DNA of 63,489 bases, counting the filler, from Reticulomyxa filosa (lineage: Eukaryota; Protista; Foraminifera): NCBI GenBank assembly GCA_000512085.1. It is 10 parts of 10 records of this genome, joined end to end, with 100 filler letters (N's around TTAATTAATTAA, not from the genome) between each part and the next. Parts side by side here need not be neighbours in the genome. Positions count along the whole stretch, not along the records: positions 1 to 20,020 come from ASPP01006491.1; 9 more parts are not named here. One strand, given 5' to 3'. The notes beneath the pieces were generated by a model. It saw nothing but the letters and a program-made list of their open reading frames with translations, did no database searches and had not been told where the DNA came from. Of the stretch, positions 1-12,973 are shown piece by piece (within the stretch, counting starts at the first letter, position 1; every line of letters starts with the position of its first letter). The position numbers were made by a program, and so were the translations under genes.

Positions 1-1059
1 TACTACTAATAATTGTAAGTCAAGAGTACCCACTTGAAAGCACAAATCTTTTGAACTAGGACTCAGTACAAAAAGTGAACTTCCAAAGGTTGCAAGTTTT
101 GTTGTTTGGGAGCCTAACATTCTTTTTAGTCAAAATTGTTTCTTTTTTAGGTTTTTCATTGTTAATACGTTTAATGTTTGTAGTATCATGCCTTCAATAA
201 ATTTTAGTTGCGTTTGCTACGAAAGGCGAATTGCCGTAGGTGTGTTTTTTCTTTTTGCTTTTTTTGTACAGGAGGATACCTTAATCTGAGAGCTACTGAT
301 GTGTAAAATTTACCGCAACTAATGATTCTGATTTTTTTGGAATTTCTTTGTTGTGTGCAACAATTGAATTCGAAATAAGCTGATTGTTTGTTGTGACATA
401 GATGGCAAGAATTTCGAAAGATTCTACGAAGCTTGTAAAATTTACTGTGTGTTGTTTTCTAAAAAACAAGCAAAAAATAATTTTTTCAAGCTAAATTTTA
501 TTTTTGATGAAATTGATTTTCCATTTTCAAAGGGAACTAAAAATAAGCAATTCATTGTGGAAGCTGTAAAGAGAGAGTTGATAAGCAACTTTCAAACAAA
601 ACGAATAATTTATATCAATTTAATGTACCAAAAATTGACTTATCAAAACTTTTGTATTATATTTAATTCCAGCAACTATTTGCAATAACAAAATAATGAT
701 CTGCCAAACATGAATTTTTTACGTAACATGTATCTTTAAAGAGTAACATTGCCACAATTGACAACTTGCTTGCACTTTAAAGCTGGGCATCTGCCCGTCA
801 TTTGTGTCAATGGGCAACACATTATGTGAGTCAATTTTATTAGGATTAAAAAAGTATATCAAACCTGATAGATCAAATTATTAGGTCGAAATAAAAAATG
901 TATTGATAGGGTAATGTAACAACAAACCTCTAAGAGCACTTTGAAAAACGTAAAGGTCAAGGTAACAAGAAAAAAGGCTTATTATTGCAAAAGCAACAGT
1001 TTTAGTGACCAACTCAAAACTTTTTTCCCTTCTTGAAAATCTTAAAGTGTGTCTCAAGG

Positions 1060-3384
1060 ATGCTTGCGCTTGTAAATCATGTTGTCAATTTTCGTGCTTT
1101 GCACCTGACATTTCTAAGAAAGTCGGGATTATTTTTTTTGTTGGGTTGGACTCTTGTGGTGTCAACCCTCTTTTTGTTTACGTCCTTTGGGACGCAGGAA
1201 ATTGTTGTGGAAGATGTCACCAAGCCTTGGCCAGGTTCAAAACGCAGTCCAAACATTGTGTTTATTTTAACGGATGATCAAGTAGGTGTGCTTTTTTAAA
1301 GCAGTGCTCATTATGCACATACGACACATGCAGTGGATGTGTCCCCCTTATTTTCTTTCGCGAAAGGGGAAGGCAGGGAGAGAGGGCGGCAGTAAAAGGT
1401 TCACTAACAAAAAGAGGTAGGAAACAAATGGATGGGAGAAAAGAAAATAAAAAAATAAAAAACAGGATTTAATATTGGATGGAATGTCAACAATGCCAAA
1501 AACGTTATCGTTACTAGCGAATGGAGGCATGACATTTACGAATGCATTTGTGACGAACCCAGTGTGCTGCCCCTCACGTGCGTCAATATTGACAGGTATG
1601 TATCCGCACAATACGAAAGTGTATAACAATAGTCGTCGTCCGGGCAACGGCGGATGTACGCCATTCAATTTCTTGTCGTTCATTGAGCATTACAGTTACA
1701 ATCGCTTTTTGAACAAGATGGATTATAAGCCAATAGACGATCCTTTGGAAAGGATTAAGCGTTTGGGTCCTAATTGGGAAGCTACGTATGATCTTGAGGT
1801 CCCAATAGACCGTGGACATCTCTTTCGAAATACGTCATTCGACGATCAGTTATACACTCATTCGAAAGCTTCCCAACAAAAGCAAGACACGCTCGCTGTT
1901 GAATATATGACCTTTCATTCTGGCAAATACCATAATGAATATTGTTGCTATGGGCCACCAGGTTTTTGTTTGTGTTACACACATACATGTATATACATAC
2001 GCATACATTTATATACACATGTTTATGTATTAACACGTCCTAATAAAACAAAAAAAAAAAAAAAGGGAGAGGTCATTTTTTTTTTTATCCTTTTTTTTCT
2101 TTTTTTTTTTATGTACGTTTTTTTTTTTCCAAAAAAATAAAAAAAATGTATATATGTATATACGTACGTATGAAAGGATGGGATGTATGGCGAGGCCAAA
2201 ATAAAAACAGCAAGTTTTACTTTTACCAGATAATCGACGAAAATTGGAAAGAAGAAGGGTATGGGAATAATCCGGACGAATATATGACCGATCGGATGAA
2301 GACGTGGTCATTAGAGTTTTTGGAAAAGTACCAAAGGTTTAAAGTGGAGTATACGACGAACACGAAGACATTGGAAAAAGTAGCACCATTCTTAATGGTG
2401 CTGAGCGTGCCGGCGCCGCATAATCCTTTTGAGCCCGCACCTCGACATGTAGATGCCTCCGAGCGTCTGCCGTCGGCTCCTCGCACTGCCAACTTTGGGC
2501 GCTGTAGCGTTGCCAGCGAAGACAAACACGTACCCATACGAGGGGCGCCGTGTTTGAGCGAAGTGCAAACGGCAGAGATCGATTCGTGCTTTCGAGGGAG
2601 GTTAGGCACACTAATGAGTGTCGATGAATTGATCTATGATATTCACGAGTATATTGACAAACAAATGGGCTTGTTGAACGACACCTATTTTATATTTACC
2701 AGTGACAATGGCTATCACTTGGGTCAAAATAGTCTCATGTACGAGAAACGACAGCCTTATGAGACAGACATTCGCGTCCCATTTTATATCAAAGGACCTG
2801 GCATTCGTCCCAATTCCACTTATGACGGTATTGTTCTGAATATTGATATTGCACCGACTTTGATCGATTTGGCCAGAGGTTTCGTCCCTCCTCATGTCGA
2901 CGGCCAGAGCTTGGTCCCCGTTCTCTTTGCTTCTCAAGACAGTGATCGTGCGAATCCGCGAACAATGGACGAAAGGTTCTTGGTCGAATACTACGGCGAG
3001 TCGTTTGAAAATCCTCCCCATCTCGGTATTCAAACCTCCAATGGAGAACATCCTGCGTTTACTCATACGCCCGCCGACACGTGGAACAATACGTACAAAT
3101 GCATTCGCGAAATCGAACGCTCGAAAGGCGATGTGCTAGGCAAAATTTATTGCCAGTTCACTTGCTTTGATAAGGATAAAAATCCATCCCCGTGCTTAAA
3201 GAACACTCCTGAGGCAAAAGGAGAATATTTTCATTTAGATAAAGATCCTTGGCAATTACAAAATCAATGGCACACTCTGTCTTCCAAACATATTCTCAAA
3301 TACAGCAAACTCATTTCTGAGTTTTCTACTTGTCGTAATACTGCACAGTGCAATCATTTCCGATATGGTCGGGTTGATCCTTAG
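1060..3384 (+). CDS. N-acetylglucosamine-6-sulfatase-like (family S1) sulfatase; exons ~1060-1281, 1466-1961, 2177-3384
   Basis: Spliced reading gives PNIVFILTDDQ|DLILDGM, the formylglycine motif CCPSRASILTG, GKY, TSDNGYHLGQ, EKRQPYETDIRVPF and NIDIAPT. GT-AG introns restore the frame, and there is an N-terminal hydrophobic anchor. Confidence 0.93.
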
Positions 3385-3937
3385 ACTACTGCATGTTTTC
3401 TTCTTTTTTTTTATTAATTCAATAGTTTGCACGTTTTTGCAAGGTGCAACTCGCATGCGCAGGATTGCACGCGCGCACGTGTATTTCTGTGGTGGGACGT
3501 GCTTGTTTGTTTTCATTGTAATTTTTTTCTTACTCTTTTTAAACAGTAAAAACAGGTGGCAACTTGCCACCGTGAAAAAGTTTCATCACACAAGTTTCTC
3601 AGCTTCCTAAATCTCTTGATTCTTATATTCTTTTAATCCATTGTTTTTTTTTAAAATTAATTTCAAACAACCAAAGCAGCCACATTAACAACATCATTAG
3701 CTTGGATAAAAAAAAAGCAACACAGGATTAGAATTGATTAATTTGAATTTTTTCAAAGTAACAATTCATCAATACCATTTAACCTTTGGACAAGTTGCTT
3801 CAATAAATTTTTTTTTGAACAAACAACGCCGTTTAAGGTGTTGCAACTGCCCCCAGCACGTTTTGCAGCAAAAAATTTCGAAATTTGAACAGCATAATTG
3901 ATTATTATATAAATTTTCATCACATACATTTTCTTCA

Positions 3938-6853
3938 ATGCAACGTTCTGATTTGGAAGCAAAAGCCTCAAGTAAGCGTGTCACTTAAAACATGAAAAAT
4001 TCTCTCAAATCGTCGACGCTTATTGCACTTTTTATTTGTATTTTTGAAGGTACGAAAAAAACCAAGAAAAAAAAAAAAGCAAAGATAACAAATCTTAGAA
4101 AAATGTGTTCGTCGTCGATGGACAAAACAAGAGATAAAACAATTAATGGAGCATGTAGAGCGTCCACATACAAAATTGAAAGATGTGGACTGGGAGAAGA
4201 TTGCGCAAATGTACGAAGACCGCACCCCGACGAGTTGTCAACAGAAATACTACGAGATAAAAAGAAAGGAAAAGCAACAGCAGCAGACAGCGTCTCCAGA
4301 AACGCCATTGATGAGTGAGGAGTCTCTGCCCCCACGCACATTGATTTCCTCGCCCCCTGCATGTGGTGAAATACAGTTTTTGCAGCATTATACTTTTTTT
4401 GAACTTTAAAAAAAAAGGGGGAAAAAAAGTGAACCTTTTTTTTATTTTTTTTTTAAATAAAAAAAAAAGTCGCAAAAGAATACGCGAAAGCGAAAAACGT
4501 GAGAATAGTGGTCGTAAAAACGGCGGCGGTGTGAGTGGCAGTGACAGCAGCGACAAAGATGGTATATCCAACAACCGCCCACCATTGAAACGTATGAAAC
4601 GCAACTGTGGACATGCGTTGAACGCAAAGCCACAAAATACTAATGGTAACAGCAGCATTAACAACAACAATGGTAATGGCAGTGGCGTGAATCACAAATG
4701 GATGAGCCAATATCCGCTGTTGACAGACGTGGAAATCCGCGAAAAGCAAGAGTTGCAACGCAAGATGCGAAATCGCAAGTCGGCGGTCGCGTCGCGAAAT
4801 AATCGCCGTCTCAAAAAAGAATGGCTTACAACTCAGCTCTGTCAAGCCAAAAAGAAAATCGAACAATACAAGACCACTGTTTAGCTGTTTGTTTTTTTTT
4901 TAATTCAAACTTTGGAAAAGTCATGATATTTTTTTTAAGATTGTGAACATTCGAGAAACTCACTCTTTTTTTTTTTTTTTATAAAAATAAATGCAATGTG
5001 TTTGTCAGAACAAACTAAACTTGAGTGATTACACGTTGTCTTTGGAAGAGCTCAAAGTCGCTGTCAAAAGCAGATTGCAACAGACCTCAACGGTCAACGC
5101 CGATAATCCATTGTATCTGACCGTCATGAATGAATTGGCAAAGTGCTCGCTTCGCTGTGACTCAGAGTTTGTTTTTTTTGGAAAAAGGGAATAAAAAGTG
5201 TTTTTTTTATGTAATGATGAGTTAAATGGCACAAAAAAAAAAAAAAAAAAAGGGAAAAGTGTAAACCGAGAAAGCAGTTTGCAAACCCTGAACAGCAACA
5301 CGAGCAAAGAACGAAAGCCAATATGTGTTGAGAAAAAGATGTCGTCCACAACAACAGCGACAAGATTGGGAATGATGGGAAGTAAGAAAACAATAGAAGG
5401 CAAACGAACAGTGACAAAGTCGACCATGCCTGGTGGCTTAAAGCCTTGCATGATAATGTGTTGCATGTTCTTAGGAGGCAATGGTGAAATGGACATCAAC
5501 ATTGGAGAAGGAAAGCAAGAACCCTTTTCGTTTGAAATGGATGGAAGTGATACCATCGGATTGGGCATCAACTCGCGTTCCAGCTTTTTGTCGACGTGCG
5601 AAGGTGCGGATGCACCCATTGACGACTTCTTTCTGAAACAACTGGACAACAAAGACGAATATGCCATCCCTTTGGACGCTTTCGATCAAGACACTGCCCT
5701 CGACTTTCCTGTTTCCATTCATTCCAAAGACTTTACTTCCACTGGTCCATGTTCATGTCAGTTAAGTTGTTTGGCCTCACAATTGCTTCTTTTTTTTTTT
5801 AAATCATTTATTTGTGCCAAATTGCAAAGTCTTAATCGCAAATACAATTTTCTTTGTACTACAACTTTGCATTTTCACAACGCCAATTTCACAATAGAAA
5901 TTGCATTGGACATGATGCAGTTTCCAACAATTTATTTACCAATGAAATGAATTTGGTTAATTTTAAAAAAAATTCTTTGGTTTGTTTTCCCTCCCTCTCC
6001 TGTTTTTGAACTTTGTTGATTTGTGAATAGTGCGAGACACAACCGTCATTGACCTCATTTACGTCACCTTTGACTGTCTCCAGCACGGCGAATACGCAAA
6101 TCCCAGCTATTCAAATGCCCCTTCCTGCCAATCCTTGCGGTGAGGTCATATTCGATCAACTGGGCGCCGAGACTGGGATGAATGAGTTGTTGCATCAAGA
6201 CAGCGACATGAAAGATGGAGTCAAAGATGAACAAATGACTCGGGAAGGTGACAAAGACACACGTTGCCACGAGTCGTTATTCACTCCGACTCAGGATCAA
6301 TGGAGGGAAGCCAGGAACAATGTGCTTAAGGATTCGAATGGAGGTACTACTGTAGCGGGCATGAGTCTTGATGAGGGTTATGATATGTTCCCTGCTACAA
6401 ATCATTATCCATGGACCCGCCAAACCTCGAATTCCAATCTTAACAATCCTAATTCTAATTCGAATCCCATTTCTACTTCTACTTCCGATTGGAATGGTAT
6501 TCGAATAAAAAGAAACATATACATATATGCATATGTGTAAAAAAAAAATATGTAATATATACATGCACATACTGGAAACTCTAGAACTGCAACACTTTAT
6601 TTGTTTGTATATGATATGATTAATATACAAAGGTAATTCCTCCAATTTCAATTTGCTTGAAAACAATCTCTGGGGTGATGACGCTCTGGATATCAATCCT
6701 GCACCGGAACTGGTGCGCACAGAAAGCGCAGACCCTTTTTCTGTTTCAATTCCTTCTGCTAATCACTTCACCAATTCGGTGACATCTCCTTGGGATAACA
6801 GTGCCAACGAAAATCTTTCGAGATCTCCTTCGCCTTTTTTCCGATTTTTTTAA
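3938..6853 (+). CDS. Multi-exon transcription factor with an N-terminal Myb/SANT repeat followed by a bZIP domain and a long acidic/low-complexity C-terminus
   Basis: Exon from 4099 reads RRWTKQEIKQLMEHV...DWEKIAQMYEDRTPTSCQQKY (Myb). Exon ~4470-4878 reads RKMRNRKSAVASRNNRRLKKEWL (bZIP basic N-x7-R) and continues in phase at 5009. Later exons ~5255-5745, ~6031-6496 and ~6632-6853 are approximate. Confidence 0.75.
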
Positions 6854-9225
6854 ATTTTTTTTTAATGAAAAGAAAAAATTATCTTTGAGTACTTTTTTTT
6901 TGTGTTCTTTTTTTCGTTTTATTTTTCTACGTTTATCCCTATCCTACCTCCTTTCATCATTAGCCACGCAAGGATTGGTCATTAACTATATCATTTTTCA
7001 ATCTTGCAAAGGAGTACTACAAACAAACAAAGCAAAATTTCATTGTTTTGATTTGTTTTGTTGCAAATTTTGTGGGCTTGATTCTTGATATTTTTTGTTG
7101 TTGTTATGTTTGGTTGGTTTTGGTTTTGGTTTGCTTTTGGAGAGGAAAGGAAATTATCTTGCCATAACATCGTTTATTGGTGCAAAATTGGTCCTATTTG
7201 GACATCAAGAAGACAGTTTCAAATAAGAAATACAAAAAACAACTCCAAAAGTATATATTGAGCATTTCAATTTGAATGAATAATTTTACTTATCGTCAGT
7301 GTCTAATTTTCAGATCTTTAAAAAAAGACAAGATATTCTTGTTCATAGAAATTGATGATCAACACTTGTTGTAAGACATTATCACATTTTGATTTACGGA
7401 ATTTCGTCTGTAACACGGAGTAATAATTGGCTCTATGATTTTAAAACCTTTTTTGAATAATAAAATACTGAATTTGAAGTTTAGTTTATTTTCAATGATA
7501 TATGATCATTACAGAATTCACACAGATTATACGTTTTGTTGAACAGAGCACGAAAGAAAATCAGTTGATCTGATGCAAAGCGAGCCAGCGCTGGGTATAT
7601 AAAAAAAAGAGTAGAAGAGAAGCATTATTTAATCGATGGTGAAGTTTTATACTAAACAAAGTCTGTCGAAATGGGTGGTATATCTGCGTACCTCATAATA
7701 GTTCGATTGAAGATGGAGATTTCACGGACAAATTTATAAAAACACATGTATTGAAAAACAGTCCACATTTCAAAGACGAACCATAAGTCAAAACGAGCGA
7801 TCAGTGACAATAGAAAAAGGTGTGATTTCGGCAAGGCGTGCTTTAACACTCTTCACGAATTGGTAATATTGTAAGAAGAGCTACTTTATAGCATTTGTGT
7901 ATATATTTAAATTTATCAGGAGTGTTTAATTGGGTTAAAATTACAATAAAGTGCAAAAGAAAGTGGACATAAAACAGCACATTATAGAGATAATTGATTT
8001 TCTTCATGAATAAGCAACATTTAGACATAATTTTTTAAAATATTTATAAGTTGTGTAGTTTTTAAATATAATTTTGATTTTTTATTACATCTTTCATAAG
8101 TTTTTTTGAAAGTGTTGCTATTTTTGTTGTTATTTGAATGCTTTCGTCATTTTATTTTTTATTATTAGCTTTTAATAAAGTTATTGATTATGTTTTTTAT
8201 TCTTAAATAGTTATAATGACCAAAATGATGTTTATTTTGAAAAAAAGAAAATTTCTTGAAAGTATTTGACTTATCTTTAAGCAACCTTTTATCTCATTTA
8301 TTATCGCTAGTAGGCTTAAGCAAAGATAAGTTATGCAAAAAAGATTAATTTTTAAGTTAAGAATGCTATATTTAAATGAGAATTTTTTTTAATTTGATTT
8401 TTTAATTTTTTTTTGACCATTTGCTATTTTTGTTATTTATTTTGATCTTTTTACTCTGTTGATGCATCTTTTCAACTAATTTTGTTATTCGCTTCCATTG
8501 CAAAATGTTGTTATTTTTAAAAATTGATACAAAACATTTATTGTGATATTTTTTGAAAATGCTAAAAAAGTTGGCAACTTTCATGGTTACAATATACGCA
8601 CTTGTCAAATTTTTCAAAGAATTAAGAAATATGTAAAAAACCAGAACCATATTTAAAAACTACGTGATTCATATATATTTTTCAAAAAAATAGGTTAAAT
8701 GTTGTTTATCCATGGAGAAAATTAGTTATCTATGTAAGGTGCATTTTAGGTACTGTAATTTGGAGTGCATAACATCATCACTTACTCTTGCGAAGATGAT
8801 CTACTTATCGAGAAATTCTGGCGTAATCAAAATCACGAACGACAAAGTTTGTGTTCAATTGTTGGACATAATTAATAAAGAGGTGTGATTTGTCTACAAA
8901 AAAAATTTTTATATGACACTATTAAGCACAACAACAGGAAAAAAAACATCACTGGAAAGTTGTAGCTTTGAAAAGCCAGAACGTGTGTTGGTGAGGTTAA
9001 AAAAACGATCTTAAAACGCGGTTGGTGGATCGTTGAGTAAAAACATATTTTCTTTTTCGAGAGTGTTCTTTTTTTTCTAAGGAATGTACTTTGATATAAG
9101 AGAAAAAAAATGGGAAGTTTTTATAAATATTTTTTGGGTATAATTTCTTTGGCTTGTTTCCAATTAAGACCACGAAACAATACAAATCGAAAAAAAAAAT
9201 AATAAGCAACAACCATTTTACATCT

Positions 9226-10575
9226 TTACACTAACTCAAAATTACCACCTTGCAACAATTCATTCATCTCTTTTTTGAACTCCTCAGAGCTATTTTTATC
9301 AAAGGATAAATCTAAGCAACGGATCACACGATCAATGCACTGCGACTGAGACAAGTTATTATAATTATAGTGGAAAAGCATCTCCAATTCCCAGTTTACC
9401 ACAGCCCATTTGGACTTATCCACTGGATTTGCTTTGACCGCCCCTTTTTTTTTTTCATGTTATGACATTGTCACAAACTAACAAACCACACCGACGAAAA
9501 AAAAAAATTTTGTAAAAGTTTATAGTTTGACTTCAAACCTTTTCGGCGATGTTTGATCTGGACTTTTTCATAAGGCAAAAAGATGATATCGATGAACCAT
9601 CCCGGCGAACCGCTGTAATCACTTAACTTGTATTTGCGTTTCAACACTTCCATGGTAATTCGAAACACTGGATCGAACAGCATATTTTGGGTGCACAAGC
9701 ACAGCACCGACAGCAAAAGCGAGTCGCTCAGCACTGGTTCGTTCTCGAACACAGACTTCAAAATCATAGGCACATCTGCATTTTCCAGTTTCTCGTAATT
9801 ATCTAACACGAACACATCATTGTGTGCCAATTAAAAAAAAAAAGGGGAGGGAAAGGAGACAAAAAAAAAAATTTCCACCCCCCTTTTAGAAAAAGAGAAA
9901 TATACTTGCGAACATATACATGTATATATGTATATGATATACATATATACATATTACAATTTTTTTTAAAAAAAACAACCTGTGGCTTGGGCTCCAACTT
10001 CTAATAGGATAAAGCGTTTGTTAATAGTGTCGAGTTTTTTTTGTAGCAAAGGTTCAATTTTTTCTTTTTGCTTCGACCCCCTTCGATCGAGCGAACTTCG
10101 TTTGGTTTGTCCTTGCATTTTGATATCACACAATCTTGCGAAAATGATTAAAAAGTGACAGATCCGAGACCAGCGTTGCCATTTTTCCTCAATCGTCGTC
10201 GGGGCAGCATTGTCACTTGCGTCCACGTCGTCATTATTATTATTATTATTGTTGTTATTGCTATTATTATTGCTAGCATTGCTGTCAGCTTTTAAAGACA
10301 AATTGGTCAAACTGGTCGTGTCCAACGCCACAGTTAATTCGCTACTGGCCATTTTGTGCAATTGATGCGTCTCCGTATACGTAATGCGACTCTTGCCATC
10401 TGGGTCCACACTTCTTCCCACGAGTGGATCTGCGGACGGGTCACTGTCAACCTCGGACGTACTGCCGACACTTATTAATTCAACATTGTTTGGATAGTCT
10501 TGTGTCACATTGTCGTTGTCATTGTTATTATTATTATTACTGTTATTGTTATTATTGCTGTTATTATTATTATTA

Positions 10576-10616
<41 letters not shown>

Positions 10617-11030
10617 AATGGTATTGGTATGACCACGATTGTTAGGATTGGTAAGAAGATGCTGGTGTAACATTTGGAACTCTGTTTGTCTTCTACCCTT
10701 TAGCTGCTCTTGGATAACTGATTGAAAGGTTGGAAACTCAAAGCTTTGCCAATACTCGGGGGTGATGTGAACTACTGCGGTATCGCTCAACTTATCCAAC
10801 AATGAAAAACGTGTTATCAGTCGTGGCAAATCGATCCATACTGAACTTTTCGTCTCTCGTCCAGTAAACTTTTTCGTCGCTTCCACCTTCATATCCACTG
10901 GAGGGCCTTCCGTGTGAATCACACTGTTCGTTGTCATACGGTTCCTTACCGCTCGCATCTCCCCTTTTCCTTTCGAGCCTGCACCATTATCATCCGTGTC
11001 ATGTGCTCCTCGGCAACAACATCTTCGCAT
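9226..11030 (-). CDS. Uncharacterised protein with Cys-rich N-terminus (MRRCCCRG), poly-Asn tracts and a globular C-terminal domain; exons 11030-9980, 9802-9539, 9443-9226
   Basis: Three ORF segments join in frame through two phase-1 GT-AG introns. No family confidently recognised. Confidence 0.75.
10520..10617. repeat. (ATT/GTT)n microsatellite encoding poly-Asn on the minus strand
   Basis: Directly visible trinucleotide run inside the 9966-11030 ORF. Confidence 0.9.
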
Positions 11031-11388
11031 TGTAAATCTTTCTCAAGCTCGTTTCTTTACTAAGCACTCGTAATCCAACGCACAAAAAAACTTCAAAGTT
11101 TAGCACGATGGAACGTTTCCAACACAAAAAGAAAATTTTTTTTATATTATATAGACCATTTCAACACTGAGAATCTCCTTTGTCAAATCTTGTATTGTGT
11201 TTCCTCTTTTTTTGTTAAAATTTCATTTATTGAATCAATATTATTCTTGAAAAAAAATTCTAACAGCCGTGACGAAGTACACTTTTAAAACAAGTTAGAA
11301 GAAAAATATTGTCACTTCTGTCCTGTTTTCAACAGCCGTAACACAACAGCGTCCGAAAAGTTCAAGCGGTAAAAAAAAATATAAAAAA

Positions 11389-12973
11389 ATGGCTGAAGTA
11401 GATGATAATTCGTCTTTTGAAGCAACATCTGAAAAGCAAGCGAACACAAAAGTAGATGACTATATCGCTCAACATAACAAATTGGCAGAAAGTGTGCGAC
11501 AGTTTGAGGAGACGTTACATAGGTCGTTGACGGACATTGACGAAAAGATTCAAGAAATTGAGCAGATTAATCAAACAGTGAGAACGAACAAAACATGTAC
11601 ATCTTTTTTTATAGGAGAAAAAAAATTCTTAAAAAAAAATTAAGAGAACAAACCTATTTTTTAATAAAAACAAAAAAGAAAGAGAAAGCCGAAGCAAGTG
11701 AGCAAAAAGAAGAAAAAAAAGAAGAGGATACAACGAAAGACAATAACACAGCACAAAAAGATGATAACGTAGACATTGATGCGTTATCAAAATCGTGTTT
11801 GAACAAAGGTATTTTCTTTGGCAAATCGTATGAAGAATGTGAACTAATTCATTTGCCTCAATATGCTGTGGCCATTCCAGCGGGACTGGAAGGCCTTAAA
11901 AGAAGACTACTTGAGTGCGGTGGCTTAGACCTGGTATCCAAATGAAAAAAAAAGGGGAGAGAAGGGAGGAAAAAAAAGATTGATAAATGAATGGAAAAGA
12001 GCTAAGGGATATAAACTGCACCCTATTTTGTTTTGTATATAGAATATATAACAATAATAAATAATAACAACAAAAATAATAATGATAAAAATGAAAAACG
12101 AATTGAGGGAGTTAGGAAGGAGTATTTCGATTACGTGGAAAAGAAGCGTCCATTCGTGCCTCAAAGAATGTGTTAAATAATGGCAGCAAAATAAGTGAAT
12201 TGCAATGCACTCCGATCGAAATGGCCCAAGTGCTGAAATCTTGGTTTCGAGAGGTGTTGTGTGACGATCCCGGGTTTGTCACCTTGAAACTATTGGAAGC
12301 ACGCACAGTTAGTCCAAACCAAGAGAGAACGACAAAAGGGAGAGAGAGGAGGGAAGAAAAGAGGAGGTTATCATGAGTACAAATACTCGCAATAAGGAAT
12401 GTATTGAATATGGTTTTTATTAATGCTCAAATTTTTTTTTTTAAATGATCTGTGAAGGAAGCCGAGGTGAAAGATGCGTTTACTGAATTAACAGAACCGA
12501 GACGCAGTGTATTGCTGTGGATTTTTGATTTGTGGATTGAAGTGGAACAACGTTGCAACAAAAACAAAATGACGCTTCAATCAATGAGCATTGTATTCTC
12601 ACCCAATTTGGTACGCACCGGTGATGCCAGCAATCCTATGATTTTCTTACAATACCAAAAGGAAGCACAAAGGGTTTTGGAAATTGCCGCACATTTGAGA
12701 AAAAGTGGTCAATTGCAATTTGACACTGCAGTTCTTTTTCTTATTCCCCTCTTTTCTTTTTTTTTAAAGCCACATTTATATAAAAAAAAAAATTTGATGT
12801 ATTGTTCTTTTTGTTTTTGAAATAAGGGAACTCCTGGACCATTGTCCACTCCCACGAAACAGAAGCCAGCAGTTCCTATTGAATATGTACGGCAAGTTCA
12901 AACCACCAATACAACTACCTCTAGCGGTCAAAACTTTGCCAATTTGTTTAAAAATGTTTGTGTTGTATTGTGA
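11389..12973 (+). CDS. RhoGAP-domain protein with N-terminal coiled coil and C-terminal CaaX (CVVL); 5 exons
   Basis: IPAGL...GGLDL|EGVFRLRG (arginine finger), AQVLKSWFRE and NKMTLQSMSIVFSPNL are RhoGAP hallmarks. The last exon 12827-12973 ends KNVCVVL*. Confidence 0.9.

Noticed and set aside
7560-7900. Possible kinase relic (CDFGKACF) in a GC-elevated patch
   Set aside because: No other kinase motifs and stops in all frames, so it cannot be supported.
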